Assembly (NCBI GenBank): GCA_035297365.1 | Contig: DATGZA010000056.1 | Location: forward strand, 1 to 42,934 | From: Nitrososphaeraceae archaeon | Lineage (GTDB): Archaea > Thermoproteota > Nitrososphaeria > Nitrososphaerales > Nitrososphaeraceae | Direction: 5' to 3' | DNA: 42,934 bases | Shown here: positions 40,006-42,934 of the stretch, piece by piece | Layout: each line of letters begins with the position of its first letter | Position numbering within the stretch: the first letter of the stretch is position 1 | The notes under the pieces: model-generated | What the model was told of the DNA's origin: nothing | Seen by the model: only the letters and a program-made list of their open reading frames with translations | Databases searched by the model: none | Program-made: the position numbers and the translations under genes

Positions 40006-41224
40006 ATGAAAATGCAACATAAACGGTCAGAATTAATTATTAGTAGGATTAAAAAACTTTCCTATGATTCAACCTTTTTATATCCCCTGGTAATCAAAGG
40101 CGGAAAAGGATGTTTTCTGGAAGATATTGACGGCAAAAAATATTTAGATTTTGCCTCCAACATTGCTTCATGTCCACTAGGATATGCACGTCCTGAATTA
40201 ATGAATATTCTTAAAAAATATTTGAATGAAGGAGCTCACAAAATTGCTGGTCAGGATTTTTATTGTGAGGAACATCTAGAGATAGCTAAAAGATTAATTT
40301 CCATTTCTGGAAAGAATTTTAAAACTTTTCTCATTAATCGTGGAGCAGAGGCTGTTGAAAATGCTTTAAAAATAGTTTATAGAAAAACTGGACCACTTCC
40401 AGGAGTATGTTGTATGAATAGTTTTCATGGAAGAACCCTGGGTGCACTTTCGTTTACAAACAGTAAAGACGTACAAAAAATAAACTTCCCCGAATTACCA
40501 GTGAAAAGAATAAAATTCTGTACTGTAGACGATGATTCAGAAATAAACCGGTTAGAACACCTATGTGAAGAAAATAAGATCGCCTTTGTAATTAGTGAAA
40601 TAATACAAGGTGAAGGTGGTATGAATGTTGCATGTAGAAAATTCATAAAGAATCTTTACGGTACAACTAGAAAATATCATGTGCCTTTAATTATCGATGA
40701 GGTTCAGACTGGTATTGGTAGGACAGGTAGATGGTGGGCATATGAACACTATGGTATTAAACCGGACATCATAACAGTTGCTAAATCAATTCAGATAGGA
40801 GCTGTTCTATTTGATCAAATTTTAGAACCTAAACGTAGAGAAGTATTATCAAGTACTTGGGGTGGAGGAAGCAGTATAGATATGGCAATTGGTGCCAAAA
40901 CTATAGAAATTATCCACAATGAAAGGCTACCTAAACACGCCGAGAAGATGGGTAGATTGATGATAAAGAGATTAGAAGAAATTATGGAATAATTTGATTC
41001 AATTACAGAAGTTAGAGGTTTTAGGATTAATGATCGGCGCAGAATTTAAAAGTGCGAAGGAAAGAGATCGAATAATAATGAAATTATTTAAAGTAGGACT
41101 TTTAGTTCTACCGGCTGGACATAAAACTATTAGAATTTTACCACCGTTAATAATATCCAAAGAAGAGATAAATTTAGGATTAGAGATGATTATAAAAGTC
41201 ATTAAGGAAGGTACAAATAAATAA
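40006..41224 (+). pseudogene. Class III PLP aminotransferase (ornithine/4-aminobutyrate type), disrupted
   Basis: FHGRT, E.IQGEGG, DEVQTG.GRTG and AK motifs; in-frame TAA at 40990-40992, then FDSITEVRG continues, and an extra T at 41019-41022 shifts to LGLMIG. Confidence 0.85.
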
Positions 41225-41248
41225 TGATATTGAAAACAATAATTCAAA

Positions 41249-41812
41249 CTAGGATTTATTAATCCTTTCCTCGTGATATTCTATTGCTTTATACAACGCA
41301 ACAATCGATGCAGCATTTAATATTTTTCCTTCTCGCAAGAGTTGTTTCATTTTGTCTAAAGACAACGAATTTACCTCTATTTTTTCCATGACACCTAGTG
41401 ATTGTTGATCTTTCTTTTGAATTCCGTATGCTACGAATATATAACCACGTTGATGAAACATAGAGTAATCCAGTGTATATTCACCTATTAACTTCAGTTC
41501 TGTTGCCACATATCCAGTTTCCTCTTTAAATTCTCTGACCGCGGCTTCTTTCGGTGTTTCACCAGACTCTATATAACCTGAAGGAATTTCAATTTGAACT
41601 GAATCAACTAAATGTCTATAGCTCTTTATTATCAATATCTCTTCATTTGAAATAAATGGAACAATTGTTGAATAGTTTTTTCTAGTTCCTTGTATGTATA
41701 TTTTTTTTATTCCGTTAATATTCAACTCATCTTCATAAAGTTTAATGTATTCACTTGAATATACCTGATTGTGAGAAACTAACTTCCAACCACTTGCTGT
41801 TTTTTCTAACAT
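41249..41812 (-). CDS. NUDIX hydrolase (ADP-ribose pyrophosphatase-like)
   Basis: Nudix box GYIESGETPKEAAVREFKEETGY. Confidence 0.92.
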   Translation of the reverse strand: MLEKTASGWKLVSHNQVYSSEYIKLYEDELNINGIKKIYIQGTRKNYSTIVPFISNEEILIIKSYRHLVDSVQIEIPSGYIESGETPKEAAVREFKEETGYVATELKLIGEYTLDYSMFHQRGYIFVAYGIQKKDQQSLGVMEKIEVNSLSLDKMKQLLREGKILNAASIVALYKAIEYHEERINKS

Positions 41813-41913
41813 AAGGAAGGATAATTAATTCATAATTATTTAATACTTTTTTTATCATTACCTTGTAAATAGAATTAGAGCATTATCAATAACAACTTTT
41901 TTTAAAAAAAATA

Positions 41914-42933
41914 TTATTTGACTATTCTGAATGAATCTTTCATTAAATAACTATCTTTTGATACCGCCTTCTCTGAATGATCTTTATGATTACCATGGAA
42001 CTCTCCTATCACCTCGTTTTTGGTAACGTTTAGCCCCAGAAATCCAAAACCATAATCATACGTTTTTGCCATATACTTTGGAACATTCAGTTCATCAATA
42101 TTATACAGTCTATGACCCCCAGTTCCCACAGTAACAAAAATAGGATGTTTGGGATCCTTATATGTGGAGTTAACCTCATCATCAATTAGTGTTGCGTTTT
42201 TACCTTCAAAGGCAATTTGATGAATGTAATTACTGGAAGTCGAATTTGGAATCACTACCCAGGGCGAAATAGGGTTGTTGTAATTGAATTTCAGTGGAAG
42301 TGATCTTTCATACCAATGATTATGTCCTGAAAATACTATGTCAACATTATATTTATCAAATAAGGGGTGATAAAGAAATGTATTCTGAATATCTGGTGGA
42401 TGTTTTCCTGAAGATGTGTAGAGAGGTTTATGAATTACCACGAAGATCCATTTTATGTTAGGATTTTTCGATGCATCCTCGAGGTCCTGTTGCACAAAAT
42501 AGAACTGGGCGGACATTTTAGATGGTGCTAATGACGAATCCATCATTAGAAAATGTATATTTCCATGATTGAAAGAATAAAATGGACGAGTCAAGTTAAA
42601 GTGTTTCATATATTCATACCTTATTTGCTTGGTTTCATCTTCTTCATTATCATGATTTCCTAGAGCTACTTTCAATTTCGATGAAATTGGTTTCGTTAGG
42701 GTGTAAAAACACTGTCCGGTTTCCTCATATGAAAGATCACCAGGAGTAACAACTAGTTCCGGATGGGAACTTTGAATATAGTTTACTACTAATCTTGTGT
42801 TGTTATTGCAACCCCAATCTCCTGTTACTGCGATGTTGTATTTCTTATCAAAAATATAATATTCAATTTTACTTGTTTCAGTAGTTGCGTTTGTTGTAGG
42901 TAGTACCGTTGTTGTTGTCTTTGCTGCTGTACT
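41914..42933 (-). CDS. Second purple-acid-phosphatase-like metallophosphoesterase (5' end outside window)
   Basis: Frame stays open to the window edge: Thr-rich linker, TGDWGC, PGDLSY, GNHD and GHNH.YER. Confidence 0.9.
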   Translation of the reverse strand, partial: STAAKTTTTVLPTTNATTETSKIEYYIFDKKYNIAVTGDWGCNNNTRLVVNYIQSSHPELVVTPGDLSYEETGQCFYTLTKPISSKLKVALGNHDNEEDETKQIRYEYMKHFNLTRPFYSFNHGNIHFLMMDSSLAPSKMSAQFYFVQQDLEDASKNPNIKWIFVVIHKPLYTSSGKHPPDIQNTFLYHPLFDKYNVDIVFSGHNHWYERSLPLKFNYNNPISPWVVIPNSTSSNYIHQIAFEGKNATLIDDEVNSTYKDPKHPIFVTVGTGGHRLYNIDELNVPKYMAKTYDYGFGFLGLNVTKNEVIGEFHGNHKDHSEKAVSKDSYLMKDSFRIVK

Positions 42934-42934
42934 A

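Noticed and set aside
1-42934. CRISPR array, rRNA or tRNA genes; remaining short antisense ORFs in the track
   Set aside because: No regularly spaced repeat-spacer units or stable-RNA signatures seen; short ORFs nested opposite well-supported genes are treated as shadows.

Overview
AT-rich archaeal chromosomal window. The gene set (rpoE'/spt4, rps30e, GTP-dependent dephospho-CoA kinase, nadX, cupredoxin, NHL proteins, many Cys-rich microproteins) looks like an ammonia-oxidising archaeon of the Nitrososphaeraceae (Nitrosocosmicus-like); this assignment is an inference. Contents: NAD synthesis genes (nadX, nadA, nadC) interrupted by rps30e; rpoE'-spt4; Mrp/NBP35; an orphan Dam-type methyltransferase; a cell-surface block (NHL protein, metallophosphoesterase, LamG-containing pseudo-phosphoesterase, GT39 glycosyltransferase); thiC; a decayed DDE transposase; and dispersed Arg/Pro/polyamine catabolic genes, including a doubly broken class III aminotransferase. 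The most notable structure is a complete 2546-bp IS6-type element (30926-33471) with an 8-bp target duplication and bipartite inverted ends. Besides its SWIM/Zn-ribbon DDE transposase, it carries a divergent winged-helix-like passenger gene, a GC-rich four-way-junction (tRNA-like) RNA in front of the transposase, and a 20-aa Arg/Cys-rich micro-ORF whose perfect Shine-Dalgarno can be sequestered by a downstream anti-SD. Several small genes missing from the ORF track were found by hand translation.
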